Shown: positions 24,063 through 37,439 of the stretch, one piece after another | Position numbering within the stretch: position 1 is the first letter of the stretch | How the letters are laid out: each line of letters opens with the position of its first letter | NCBI GenBank assembly: GCA_029717555.1 | Contig: JAMDHS010000019.1 | Span: forward strand, 62,001-126,000 | Direction of reading: 5' to 3' | DNA from: Peribolospora baueri | Lineage: Eukaryota | Length of the DNA stretch: 64,000 nucleotides | Program-made: the position numbers and the translations under genes | Notes under the pieces: generated by a model | Databases searched by the model: none | Seen by the model: the letters and a program-made list of their open reading frames with translations, nothing else | Told to the model about the DNA's origin: nothing

Positions 24063-26619
24063 GCGAAGTCAGCACGGAGGGCGAAGGCTGAACGAGGGAG
24101 TCCTGTTTTCCTGTTCCGATGCGCAATTTTGTCGAACCGTTTATGTCTACGTCGATCGCGTGAGCCCACTGAGCCCGTTGACCCGAGTGCTGTGGTCCTG
24201 GCTGGGAACGGCCAGGTGGGAAGAACACAATTATCTCAGCGCGGTCCGAATATCTGCGGAAAACGTATGTGGACGAGCGCACGGCGAACGAACGCCACCA
24301 CTCTCACCTCCGTCCCTGCCCTCCCGAGCTCAAAGTCGTAGGTCAGCGACCAAGAGTCTTCCTCCTCGTCAAGTCCGTCAAGTCTGGGTGGAGGGTCGGA
24401 AGCCGGAAAAGAATGAATTGCCGAAATCCGAACCGGCCGCAATTCGCCGCAGGGCCGGATCGTCGCGACGCCGGCGCCATTCTACGACTGCCATCGCCAT
24501 CACCGTCGGGCACAGGCTTTGTTGGGCAATGGCCGTGACGACCCACCCTCTTAGTGCGTTGATCCACTCGGTTTTGCTACAAGCTCACTGCACCTACCAG
24601 AGAAGAGAGGTCTTTCTCTGACTCGTATAAGTAAAGCATGGTCGCGAAATGAGAAGAAATCTAGACGGTTGGGCTGTATTACTTGCTGAAAGCCGAAGCA
24701 CGCCCTATCACCTTACTTCCTTTCCTTTTCAGCCCGCCGTTCTCCCAGCTGATCTTTCCTGATTCCATCGCTCTCCAGGCAGTAGCGAACCGGACGCTAT
24801 GTCCTGCCCGTACCCGCAAAGCACCACCACCGCAACGGCCCACGGCCCGCATAGTTGGGCCAAATCACGCTTCCTGACTTCTGCTGTCTCATCTTCAGCT
24901 GTTAGTGGTTGAAGGAGTGCACAAGCGCGCTCAAAAAGTGCTCTTCCATGGACGATGATTGCAGGTAAAAAAAAAATGCACGGGCCCCGGCGTCAAGTTC
25001 GTCGCTTGCCTTGACAGTCCTCGGGAAAGATCTCAACTGTTGGCAACGTCAGACGTATGTTGAGGACAATGATTATGGGGAGGATGCCAATTTCATCCTC
25101 ACCACCGCCATCGTCATGAGTCGAATCTGACACATTCCTGGCCTCTTCTGCTCAACGGACCAGCAGTCGCCCGGTACTGTAAGTAGCGACAACGCGTTCT
25201 GTATCCCGTACATCTACCTTTCTTATTCTATGCCTTCCGACGGGCTGCCTTTGACCTGGGAGATGGCCCTACTGACTCGTATGACTCATATCATCTCGTG
25301 CTTTATTTATTGTACGCCCCTCTTGTGCCAGTTACGATATTTACACATGTCGGCGGGGGAACGGTTAGAAACGATGGTCTCAGCGGAGGGTCGTATTTGC
25401 AAGCCTCGCTTTTTTTTTTGCCTCTTCTCGTTCATAAATTTGTGTTCACTGGCGCTGATCTTATGTCCTAGTCTGCTGAAACCTATCTCTCCATGGCCCT
25501 TGCCGTCACACGTTCCCTTCATCACTGGATCCTACCCTCCATTCTCATAGAATCACGGTAATGACCGGGGACGATATGGCTCCAGACGCACCGAGAAAAG
25601 GCTCTCGGACATCGGATCTACGAAATCACTCCGAGCAACAATAATAGCTGATGGGCTGCGCTCTTGCCACAATGTCGACGACGCGCACCAGCCGACACCG
25701 CGGGGGAAATCGACCGTCGAGGAAGGCGTGCGCCATCGTCGTTGATTGATGCAATATATCCAACTCAGGTACGTATGGCATGATAGAGGCATGTCGGCAT
25801 GTCCGATCGATACGTGCGGAGCTGAACAGGGCGCAATGCTCGAAGCACATACCTTGCACGCGCCCGTCGCGCCGCCGGCTCGTGGACGGCTCTGGGGTCG
25901 AGGTGCACCGTGTACCTGATTGGCAAGGCGGGCGAAGGACGAAGAGGCAGAGAGGCTTGCGCACAAGAATGCACACGGTGGGGCAGCGAGCAGGCATGCT
26001 CGAGCCATGAGACGAACTATTCCAAGCCGCCGAGGGTCAGCCAGGGCGTTCTTAGGCACGAGTCGCGTCGCGACGAATGATCGCTCGCCTTGCTTGCTGT
26101 CGTCGCGCTCCTTCGGCGTCGATCAGATCAGGGGCACCGGCGGCGACTGCGGCAGCGTCACGGTGGTGGTCGAGATAGAGTAGGGGACGAAGATAATCAA
26201 CCCCTCCCACCTCCCATCTCCTTCGTCCTGTGTCTTTCCTTTCGTGACGAGGCAAGGCGGGAGCGGAATAGATCAGACAGAGGCCTATTAGACGGTGGAA
26301 TGGTTTCAAGACGAGTAGACGAAGCGGTGAGCGGCTCTGCCCTTTCCCTCCCCGCCATCTTGGTATCGCTGACCTCGCGCGCGCTTGTCCGACTTTGTCG
26401 CTCTCCTCGTTTGGTTCAGACACTGTTCCTCTCGTCACCGCCCTAGTCAGACGTTTCACCTTCCCGCTCTTTCCCTTTTCTCGATCACTTCGTATTCTTC
26501 TCTTTTGCCCGCGCTTTTTTCAGTTGTCTCGCGTTCGTCTTCCGCCCTGACCTCGCCCAACCTCGAGCACCTCGCCGTCCTAGCTCCCTAACCATCGCTC
26601 CATACCTGGCACAGCCATC

Positions 26620-29600
26620 ATGTTGTACCCCAGCCCTCCCTCCGCACCTCGGCCTCGACCGCCAGCTCGGTCCACGTCGGGCAACTCCAATGCTCGCAAG
26701 TCCGTCCAAGGGCCGACGGATCGGAGCCCAGCCGCCGCTTCTCTTCACAGGACAAAACCAGAGGAGGAGGAGGCTAATGCGGGCACGCTGAAGCACGAAG
26801 TGGACTCCAAGGCCGGGCGCGTACCGGTGGACACAAAAGTAGAGACGGTGACGACCGTGTCCAACCATCCTCCCCCGCCGTCGTACTGTGCCGCTATCGC
26901 GTCTCGTTCGACGTACACTCCTTCCCAAACAGCCCTGCACGCCACCGCTAACCACCCGCACACGCCCGGATGGCCCCTGCCTCCTCTGCATCTCGATCTC
27001 GATCTCCCACCCGAGCTCGCCCGCGCCATTACGGAACGACGCAGGAGCAGCCCCTTTCCCGACTCCGCCCACTGCGAAACCTCGGATGACGGTCGCTCTC
27101 AGCTCGCAGATGATGGCGCTTCCCCGTTGGCGAAGGCTGCAAGCGCGTTACGTATCGCGTCTGGACAGGGTGCTCAAAATAGCTTGAATGGGACAGGCCT
27201 GGGCGTGGGGAACGAGGAAAAAACGCGGGAGACGGGGGTGTTGAGCAGTAAGTGGATTGGAGATAGGAGCAGGGATGAGCTGGAGAGGCTACTTGTCGAG
27301 GCTGACAAAGTCATTAGGGAGAGAGAAAGGGGTAAGTGAGATTGAGACTTGGTTACCTCACTTCCTCTCTGTTCTTTTTGGCCTCGCTCGTCCTGGAGCG
27401 ATGCTCACTCGTCTGTCTCTTCTCCAGACCTCAGTATCACGGCCGCCATCGGCCAAAACCTTCTCGAAAAGAACATATATCTTCGAAATATGCAGACATC
27501 GCTGTATGCTGCCTATCAGCCTCAGCCAGAGTCACAATACCCTTACTACCCCCCTTCATTTCACGCATTTCCCGGTCGTGTGGGACTGCCTTCTTCTCCG
27601 CCTCAAGTGGACCAGCCGCCGCCCGCACCGGATCAGGCTGTCGAGCTGCAGCCATCCTCTGACACCGTCAGTCCCAATGAAAGGTTCCGCTTCCCGAGAG
27701 TGGAAGACGACGATCACTACACGACCTTCGGCTCGCCTTCGTCCACTCTCCAGACCATGCGTCGGCACGGACATAGCAGGAACAGCTCCCTACGTTCGAT
27801 GCACGACCGCAGTCGAAAGAGCAGCACGAGCAGCTTTGCTCATTTGGACGCCGCCATCGAACGGAGAGCGCAGTTGATCGCGTCGACGAGCGCGATTAGG
27901 ACCCCCGCTAGCACCGCACCTGGCAGTCCCGAATTTGAGAGGCGCAACCTACACTCTCCGTCAACCTCCATAGACGGCAACTACCCCGCTGCCGCTCGCG
28001 CTTCGCTGTCTCGGACCTCCCTTTCAGGGAGAGGAGTCACGTCGTCCCCGTACCGCACGTCGTCAGACACGCCCTACCTCGATGAGCTAGCCAAGCAGAA
28101 CGACGCCCTTCTGAGCCAGCTGGCCGACCTCCAGGCGGAGGCGAGTAGGGCGGAGAAGGCGGGCAAGCGCAAGTTGCGCAAACTGGAGAAGGAGATGCAC
28201 GAGCTGAAGGCCGAGATGGAGAGATTGGTGGAGCGAAATGGGGAGTTGGAGGCCAGGGGAGAGCAGACGGAGTCGAAGAGGGGCAAAGGACCCGATGTCG
28301 TTACCTGGAAGGGAGACGTGGCAGGAGGACGATCCGAAACGGACGGGGAGGACGCGAACATGGATCCGCCAAGGCGTGCCGAGTCCCGCGCCGACGATTC
28401 GCCACCTTCATCTCGTCTTTTCCACCAAAAGCGCTCCGCAGCCAAGGGGGAGGACGAAGTGGACAATGGAGACCCAACCCCGGTGGAAGGCGATCCGCGC
28501 CTGCCACCTTCCCTCTCTTCCCGTAGTCTTGCCTCCAGCTCATCTACCAATGACGCTCCTGTGGACCCGTCGGCACCGGAGGTGGAGCGTGCGTTAGTCT
28601 CTCAGCTGATGAGCAAGATCGCCGAGCTGGAAGAGGCGAACGTGGCGATCGCGGCCCAACGAGAACACATGGACGGTAGGATGGAGAGGGTGATGTACGA
28701 GGCGGATCGGATGAGGCGCGCGTACGAAGACGAGCTCGATGCAGTGAGCGTGTGGCCAGGCTCGAGCTTAAAGGGCAACAGTCCGCAAAGGACGAGGAAG
28801 AGGCGCGCCGCTGGAAACAGACTCATCATCGAGGGTCGTAGGACGGCTAAAGCGCTCGCTAGTCTCGCTCGCAGAGAACGTCTCCGGCAGGCACCGGCCG
28901 GCAGCAGTGGCAGAGTGGAGGGACACGACGACGTCTGGACCGGTCCCTCGGTGTCTTCTCTCCCCTCAAATGAGGTTGATCGACTCCTACAGACGAGCGT
29001 CTCGCCTAGCCCCAGTGCCCGGATCTTCATGTCCAGCCCTGTCACCACGAGCGGTGGAAGCGGTCGTACGTGCGGGGCCAGTCCGGGGACTTCTCTGGAC
29101 CCGGAGAGCCCGGCCGCTCGCAGGGCGAGGAAGAAGGGCGGGAGGGGCAGCAGGAAGAGCTCCCGGATGCTGGGTATGAAGGATCATCCGCGCATTCAAA
29201 TTACGCCTTCGCAGGACGACTTGGGCCGTTCGACGGTGGACGAAGGTCGCGCCTCGGGGGAGTGGACGGATGAGCCGCTTCCGATACAGATGGATCGGCT
29301 ACGACCTCTCACCCCTTCGTCTAGCAAGAAGACCGTTTGTCGGGTCGTTTCTGCACTCTCGATCGGAATTGCCGGCGGCAGAGGCTCGCCAGCCGGGAAG
29401 GTGCGCACGATGCGCAAAGTGTCCAGCTGCGCCGACCTCGCCTTTGTGAGCTCCGCTCCTGCTTCCGCGGCCTCGATGCCCGTGGGGGATGGAATGAGCA
29501 CGCTGGGCTCGTTCCCCAGCTTGTGCGGCGAAATGAGGAGTCTGGGAAGCGAGAATAGCCTTCTCAGCCTGGCTGAGCGCGATCTTTGGGGAGAGCCTCT

Positions 29601-31041
29601 GAACGGGTTTAATAGAGGTGGCGACCGTCTCATTCATTCTCTCGGCAGTGAGCTCGGCTTTCCCACCCTTCATGCGGGCGACCAGGATGACGGCGGTTTG
29701 GACCTTCCTCTCGAGTCCGCGTCTGCGCACGCCGAATCGCCTGTGCGCTCGTCGGAAGGCCATCGCGGGCGCCTCCAACTGCCGGCACGACCGATGTACA
29801 GGAGCTACTCGGAGGACGATGAGGACATCAACAGCACCATGCAGCCTTCGGATTCTCATCAGGGGTCCAGCCGTGAAAGATCGCCCGCCCACGTCCTGGG
29901 TAGACCCGTCCAGCGCTTGAGGAAGATGATGGGAAGGATCGTATCTGTGCCCGGAACGCCTCGACCCACGGAGATGAGCCGGGGCCAGATACTGAGGTAC
30001 GGCGGTTTGGAAGACGGCGAATGGCTCGACACGGAGGACGCCGCGCTGGTCGACCGCGGCGAGCTCCGCAGCCCTGACCGTCCTCCGGATGCGGAATCTT
30101 TTGATCTCCTCGACCAGGCTGCTCGATGGCAGCCCGTGCGCTGGGCGGACGATGAGGATTTCGGTCTGCCCATCACCGAAGAGGAGGCGAGTGGATTTGG
30201 GCCGTTGGCGATCATGACAAGCCAGGGTAGCGGCAGCGGCAGGCTTAGCTTGATCGGGCGAGGACACAACGATCGAGAGGGCGACTGGCGGCCGGGTCGC
30301 CTGGGCGCACCATTCGAAATTGAGAGCGCGGAGATGGTCCACGCTCGGGAGACGCTCCAGCGCCTGCGTCATCGTCGGACTCTTGTGGACGGCGAGAAAA
30401 ATCTCGCTAGCTCCGAGGGGAGGTCGTTTGGTGGGGGTGCCGTCGGACAGAGCAGCAATAGCCTGGCGTTCCCTAAGTCTTCTCAGAGCTCCGCGGACAG
30501 CTTTCCTGCCCGTCCTCCACGGTCGTCGGGTCCGGTGCATCACCCACGCCGTTCGCTCGCGATCGAAAGGCTCGGCCTCGGTTCGACGCGCGAAAGGGCC
30601 CTCTCCATTGCCACCCGTACCTCCTCCTCCGGCCGCCGTCGCAGGCCTGTCCCCGTGTTTTCAGGCTCTGGCCCGCTCTCTGATCTTGCAGCCGCCACAG
30701 GTGAGACTGTGCCTGGTAGCTATATGGCAGATGAGGAAGATGAGCATGAGGAGAGTGAGAGTGGGGAGGACGACGACGACGACTTGTCTTCAGAGGATTT
30801 CGAGCTCGTCGACGAACGTCACCAAGCGGGAGCCCTGGGCACGGACTACTACCCCGTGAGCCTCCGCGCGCGCTACCACCCGGCGATGGTCAGCAAGAGG
30901 CTGCAGAATGCGGCGGTGGAGCAGGCGTTCGTTATCTTGGCGTACATCCAGCTCGCTATCGTGCTCACCTTCGTCGTCGTAGCTTGTTGGAGCAAGGGGC
31001 CTCAGAGTGTTTTGGGAGCTCGAGGCGCCAAGGCGACGTGA
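26620..31041 (+). CDS. Coiled-coil protein (about 1440 aa) with a HAP1/TRAK-like N-terminal motif and a single C-terminal transmembrane helix (tail-anchored)
   Basis: Exons 26620-27331 and 27428-31041, intron GTAAGT...CTCCAG. The junction reads ELERLLVEADKVIRERERDLSITAAIGQNLLEKNIYLR. Heptad-rich segments lie near 28070-28270 and 28590-28740. The hydrophobic stretch FVILAYIQLAIVLTFVVVACW is followed by a 16-aa tail. Confidence 0.85.
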
Positions 31042-31644
31042 TGAGTCGGGGCAACGTCCGAGTTTGGTTTTAGAAACGTGTTGGACGCTCTCTACGTCGG
31101 CGGCGAGCCGTCTTTCCTCATCGTCAGGTTCAGACCATCGTTCGTTCATGGCGCGCTTCCCATGCGTTCGGATCCCACAGTGTAACATACACATCGAGTC
31201 ATTTCCGTATTCAAGGACGGCAGGCGGCAGCGATTCAGTGACGCGAAAGACATCATCGGGCCGCCGCGTGCGAAGCCACCGTCGTTCCATTCAACCTTTG
31301 TCCTCGCATCTCGTCGTGTCTTCTCGATGTCACTCGCACTCGCACCGGCGACCGACTCCGACGCGATCACCGCCCTTCGCACGTTTGTCGCAGTGGCGGC
31401 AGGGGTTGGTTGAGACACGCACGTTAGGGTTACGTCTCTCCGCTGTCGCGCTTCTCCGCCCCTCCTAACGCGCCTCGCCTCGTCCGTCCATCTCCATCAT
31501 CCCCTTCCATCCATCCATCCATCGGACCCTGATATCGCCTCCCACCATCTCAACCGTATTTCCATCTCCACCTTCATCGTTTCTCCTCTTCGACGCCTCT
31601 GTCTACGCATCGCATCATCACGCCTGTCACGACCTCAAACCGAC

Positions 31645-33020
31645 ATGCCCGCCGCCTCTCGCTCACCTGCAAAGTCGCGCTCGACGCGCACCACGCGCTC
31701 CTCCGCTGAGCCCATCTCTCCGCCGGTCAAGACGGTCACGCTCTCCTCTTCCTCCTCCAATGGCTCCGTCGTCGGAGCTGGCGGTCGTCCTCCGCTGCCT
31801 CGCGACTGCGCCAACGAGTTCTTGCCCGACCACGAAGTCGCCGTCAAGCGTCAAGTGATCCGGAGGGAGGGACAGAACATCATCATTGCGCGCGTCAAAC
31901 TGCCCAGCAGTCCGACCGACCACGCGTTTCTTCTCAAGCGGTGAGTCACCCGCTTCTCGGTTTTACTCTCTCCGCCGCTATCGCTGCGGTGTGTCCGCTG
32001 TGGACGGCGCATTCTGCACGTAAGCGCGTTGGACAGGCGCGCCGGTTCGGACGAGCGAGGGAGCACGCCGCTGATGCCCTGAAACTGTCCCTTTTTTGCA
32101 GCTTCGACTCTAACGCTGTAGCCGCCTCCGCCATGTTCCGCATCGCCTTCCCCACCGCTGACGGCGAGATGGAGCGCGCGGAGATGGCGTATCTGGAGCG
32201 AACATATGACTGCGAGAACGCTAACGGCGGCTCGTCCAAGTCTCCTGGCCGAGGGATCCGCCTCGCGGGCGTCTGGATGCCCGCCGACGACGCCCTTGCG
32301 GTGGCTGAAGAGTACGGCCTCACGCGATTCGTCGAGCCCCTGGTGCGCGCAGGGCCGGAGGAGGACAAGCTCCGGGAGAAGGAGAAGGAGGCGGTCAGCA
32401 CGCCGGCTAGGAGCAAGCGCTTGCGTGTGACCGAGGCCATCGATTCTCCGGCGCAGGCCGCGGCAGCCATTTCGACCGCTAGCCCGAGCCGCGTGGAGAA
32501 GTTGGAAACGACGGTGGTGCGGGTGGAGGAGACGACGAGCGCGGAGACCAAGCCGAGCGGAACGGTTTCGACGACAGCGACGGTCGTCAGCTCTACTGAC
32601 GCGGACGGGCGCCCGGCGCAGCTGACCGACGCCGAAATTGAGGCGAGGATCAAGGAGGCCAAGGACATCGTCAAGAAGGTCCAGCAAGAAGGGGGTGACG
32701 CTGGTACCGCGACCTCCACCTTAGACGCCAGCGCCGCCGGCAAGGGCCGCGGCACGAAGCGAAGCACACAGACGGTCGCCGCGGAGGACGCCGCGGAGGA
32801 CGAGAGGGAGCGTCGTGAGGAGCAGCAGGTGGCGCGCCAGTGGGCCGCCACGAGGGTGCTGCGCAGGGCCGGGAAGGCAGCTCGCGAGCGCAGGGGCGTG
32901 GTGACCCTTGGCGCTGCTGCCGCCGTCGCTGCTGCCGGGTTCGCCGTATCCCAGTTGGGCGGTCAGTTTCCCTTCGACGTGTCCCAGCTGGGCGCTCAGA
33001 TCGGAGGATTTTTCTTCTGA
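31645..33020 (+). CDS. BQT4: Bqt4-like inner nuclear membrane protein (APSES/KilA-N HTH domain plus C-terminal hydrophobic anchor), 2 exons
   Basis: Intron 31941-32101. The spliced sequence HAFLLKRFDSNAVAASAMFRIAFPTADGEMERAEMAYL...RLAGVWMPADDALAVAEEYGLTRFVEPL matches the Bqt4-type APSES domain. The C-terminus has the hydrophobic segment GVVTLGAAAAVAAAGFAVSQL...GGFFF after a basic patch. Confidence 0.8.
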
Positions 33021-33354
33021 TCCGAGCCTCCGAGGTGGCGGTGCCTGGCCATGTCGCCAGCGGCTGGACTCGATCCGTCGTTGGTGAGCCGCAGGGTTTG
33101 GGGGAAAACCCGTCACGTCTCGCTTCCGTTCTCTCCTTTCTATCCGTACTGCCCTTTCTTCCTTCTTTCCGTTTCCACGACCTCAGTCGTCGTTGTGTTT
33201 GTGAAGAGACTTTTTTTTGGTTCAGTTTCGTTCGCCAAAGTTCTCTATTTTCTCCCGTCTGCGTGGGCGGATGTCGGTGCGCCTGCGTATCCTCCCAACT
33301 TGTCAGAATATGTCGTTACCCTCGCCCTCGCTGCGGCGGACGTCGTTTGTTTTC

Positions 33355-33409
33355 CCCTTTGTCCTCGACTCCGTTTCTTCTTCCCTTTGTCCTCGACTCC
33401 GTTTCTTCT
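33355..33409 (+). repeat. Two-copy tandem duplication, 28-bp period (ccctttgtcctcgactccgtttcttct)
   Basis: gtcctcgactccgtttcttc occurs at 33361 and 33389, in the pyrimidine-rich region downstream of BQT4. Confidence 0.85.
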
Positions 33410-34267
33410 CCCCTCCATCCTCAACGCAACCCGTTCTTCGACTTCGTCCTCTCGTCCTGCCCGCCATTTCCGCCGTATACTTATCCCCTTTCCCCTTCCG
33501 TCCCCTCCTCGGTCTGCCTCCCTTTCTTTTTTCTTGCCCCACACGGCGTCGCCTCGTCGAGGGTTGGGGAATGAGGTCGAGGGTTTAAGCCAGTCGGCTC
33601 TGGCTCGTCTCTCCGCACCTCTTTCGAGATGTGGTGCCCTTCGACGACGTCGTTCTATCTGCTCGTCCTGATTTCCCCTCTTGCCCTCCCCTCCACCCTT
33701 GGCTCGTCGATGTCCGTTCGTCCGTCTGTTTCTCCTGTCTCTCCCCTTTTAGCTTAATCCGGTGGCCCCCCTTCTTTTCTTTTTCGCGTGCATTGGTGTG
33801 TGGGGAAGGAATTATTGGGGTCGACGGCTGGTGCTTTTTTCTTTCGACTGAGCGTCTTTTTGTTAGTCTGGGGAGAGAGAAGGAGTCCGAGGAGGAGAGT
33901 GGGGAAGGGCGTCATTGTGATGTGGGCGTCGACGTCGACAGTGAGGCGGCGGTCGTCGCCCGTGTAACTAACTAGCTATACAGATTATGTGCTTTTTTCG
34001 CTCTTGTTCGAGGCGGATGATGGGCTGCGAGCGTGTTTATCAATCCCATTCGACCACCTGCGCGTACTGTACTACAGGAGTCGGCCCTCGCTAAACGGAC
34101 GGCGGCGGCTCGAGAAGGAGCGTTGGATGTACGGTAGCGTTTTTTTTTTGTTAAGTCGCTTGATGGAGAGAGAATGAGCGAGCGGAGTGAGTGCGGCACG
34201 GCGCGGCGCGGCGCGGACGCTGTAGAGTCGTCTGCGGACGGGGACGGGGACGAAGCGGACTGGAGAG

Positions 34268-34268
<1 letters not shown>

Positions 34269-34318
<50 letters not shown>

Positions 34319-34329
34319 AAAAGAAAGAA
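34269..34329 (+). repeat. (GAAA)n microsatellite
   Basis: Directly visible run of about 15 GAAA units with one interruption. Confidence 0.95.
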
Positions 34330-37300
34330 GGGGTCATGCGTCGTGGACGAGCTGACGGTCTTACAAGGAGAACAAAAAGGTGGTGCTGTTTGGATTCGTC
34401 GTCGTCGGCCGGCTGGCCGTCATCACCAACGTCATCGCCATCGGGCGGGCGCTGCGGAGGGATGGGAGGGAGGCGAGGAGCAAGAGCTGACGTTACGCTG
34501 GAGCGGGCGTCGGCATTGTTCTTTTCTCATCTCATCTCATCTCATCTCACCCCGCTCCGCTCGCTGATGATCTGATCGAAGAAAAGATAGGCAGCCGAGG
34601 TGGAAGAAACGCAAACGCATGATGTGGCTGAAACGGATTGGCTGGGATGGGATGGCCCTCGCTTTCCCCGCCCACCCTGGCCCGGTCGTGCCGCACCGCA
34701 CCGCACCGCACAGCACAGCACCCCGTCCGTCGTCTTGGCCCCTGTCTCTCTGTGTGTCCGGCAGGCGGAGAGAGGGAGCGAGTGAGCAAACAAGCAAACC
34801 CCAAAGAGCGAGGCCTAGGCTAGGGCCGAGACGGGGGTGGGGGGTTTGGATCCCCATCCCCTCTGCACCCTCGAACTTGCGAAGGGGGGGTGAAACGGAT
34901 GTGGACGTGGCGCTGGGCCTCGTCCGAACGAAGCGTTTTTGGGGCGTCGTCGTCGTCGTCGTCGTCATCGTCTAGACCTAATTTCTCGTCCCCACGTTCA
35001 CTTGGCACCATCGGACGCCCACCGAGCCGCGAGCCGGAGGGCAGGGAGGAAGCAGAGCGGGAGCGTTAGCGCGGGTCACGTGCGAGCGCGTTGTTGTACG
35101 AACAAGAGAAAGAATACGGAAGCGGTGCTTAATAACAATGAAACGACGGCTTAGTTAGCGTGCGCCAGCCCCGCGGTGGACGTGCATGCCGTGCGTTCGT
35201 CTGCCGTCACTTGCCGTCACACCCCGCCCCGCCCCGCCGCTGCCGACTATCAGCGCCTCGGTCGTCCGACACGGCCTTTGTGTACACTACCGACACGACC
35301 GGCGCCCCACACGCCCGCCCCCAAGTGCCGAGCTCGGCCAAGGCCCCAGAGCCCGGCAGTGGCTTGTGTTTGTGTCTGTCTGTCTGTTTCGGTTTTTCTT
35401 TTCGTCGCGCCGAGCCGAGCCGACGGTAGAGGGACGCGGACGGACGCATGAAGGGTTGGTTCATGCTGGCCTTGGGTCGGACGACGACCACGACGACGTC
35501 TTCTTCGTTTTCGTCGAGGCGGGAGCGAGCGGACGGGCGGGCGTAAGACAGTGACCGGCGGCTGACGACGGTAGGTGCCCACCTGAGACTGACTCGTCAG
35601 GTCCATCATCATCCCTTGTAGTTAACGCCACGGCGGCTCCCGTGCTCAAGCGCAAGCGCGTCCCCGAACATACGGTTCTTGTGCATCCTTTTTTTTTCCT
35701 TTTTTTTCTGTTCGTCCCTCGTCTCAAACTCGAGACGAACCCTGATCGAGCCGAGTCGCAACGCAGCCCTAGTTCTAGTTCTAGTTCGGCAAGGCGGCCG
35801 CTGCCGTCACCAGTTGCTACGCCGTCACCGCGCCGCCATCGCCATCGTCACGCCATCGTCACAGCGGACGGCCGACCGCCGTCGGCTTTCAGCGTCGTCT
35901 ACCCTTTCCCCTCCCCTCTCCCTGGCGGATCGCATCGGATCGCATCCTGCTGTCACCTGTCTCGGATCCGAATCCGGATTCGGCTGGCCATCCCCTCGTC
36001 CGTCCTTCTCCTCCCTTCTCCGTCTCCCTCCGCTCGCATCGTGTCGCGCGCGTCGTCGGAGAAGACACGAGGGCATAGGGGGAAGAAGAAGAAGGAGGAG
36101 GCGGCTTGTTCCATCGCGTGCACCGCAGCCAGGCAGAAGAAACCCGCGGTAACTAGGCGTTGGGCGGTCGAAGAGGTAAGTCGTGCTCGTAGTCGTTCGG
36201 ATTCGTTATCATTGTACGACTGGAGCGGGGTGTACGGGGCCAGCTGCCGTCGTCGTCGTCGTCGTCGTCGTCGGGGTCGGGGTCTACATACGTGGAGCAA
36301 GTAACCAAGGGGTGGCCCGCTTACGTTGCGAGCCGAGGCAGGCGTGGAAAACGAACGAAGGGAGAAGGGAGGGATGAACGAAGGGAGGGGGCACGCATAC
36401 TGCCGCAGGCTGCAGACACATTGCTGCGTGAGTGAATGCCCCAGGCAGGGGCCATCCATTGATTTCATTCGATTTGGCTTGGTTTGATTCGATTGGAGGA
36501 GTCGCGCGCGCTCGTCCGGTCCGCCCGTCTGTCTGTTGTCGCTATCGCCCGTCGTTCTAGTTAAGCTCGCGGGCTAACGTGAGTCCAAGGGCCAAGGGCC
36601 AAGGGCCATGCATGCTACGCCGCGCTACGGGTGGATGGGATGGATGGATCGGACGGCCGAGTAGTGGTCGCCTGCTCGCCTTGCCTCGCTGCGCAGGCGG
36701 GCGCCTGATTGGGCATTTCTCCACCCTATCGTCGTCCGTCGTCCGTCGTCGTCGTCTGGCTGTGGCTGATGCTGGCTGATTGATGGCTGGCTGGCTCAAT
36801 GGCTGGCTGGCTGGCTGGCTGGCTAACCTGCCGGTCGTGTCATCCCATCCGTTGGCTGCCCCCGCCTCCCCGTGTTCGCTCCTGCATCTGCATCTGCATC
36901 TGCGTCTGCGTCTGCGTCTCCTTCTGCTTCTGTTCTGCTTTTGCTCTGCTTCTGCTTTTTGCTTATCGCTGCGCCGCCGTTGCCGCCTCTGGCCGCCGCC
37001 CCCCTTCGCCTTGTCCCCTCCGCCGCCCCTTCCCTTCCCTGCCCTGACTGACACCCACCTCCGCCACTTTTCCTTCCGCCCCCTTCCCCTTCTTCCCCGT
37101 CTCATTTCACCCTCGCCTCGCCTCCTTCTCAACGACGCTCGACCTCGACGTCGCCCTTATATTATATCCCTTCCACCCCACTCCTCCATCCCTCCCTGTC
37201 CTCTCCACCACCATCGCCTCGACACCACCGCCCGTCGCAGCGGCTCTTCCTCGCCCCACCGATCTCGCGACCCGTGCTCAACGGACATTTTTTTCCTTCC

Positions 37301-37439
37301 TCCCTTTCCCCACCCCGTTTCTCCCTCTCTCCCCCTTCGCACCGGATCCTATTCTATACCCCGGGTCAACAAAACAAACCAACAAAAGACGGCCCCCGTC
37401 TGCACCCACCCACCCAACCCCCCTCCCAGTTTGCCCTCC

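Noticed and set aside
25055..25163. Possible intronic box C/D snoRNA (ATGATT...CTGA)
   Set aside because: The C box is non-consensus, I recognise no rRNA-complementary guide or terminal stem, and the CTGAC is equally explained as a branch point.
36780..37439. 220-aa in-frame N-terminal extension of the PPS1 ORF
   Set aside because: It consists of translated microsatellites and pyrimidine tracts (AGWL, LHLH, LRLR). The ATG at 37440 is the more plausible start, and stop-free frames are common at this GC content.
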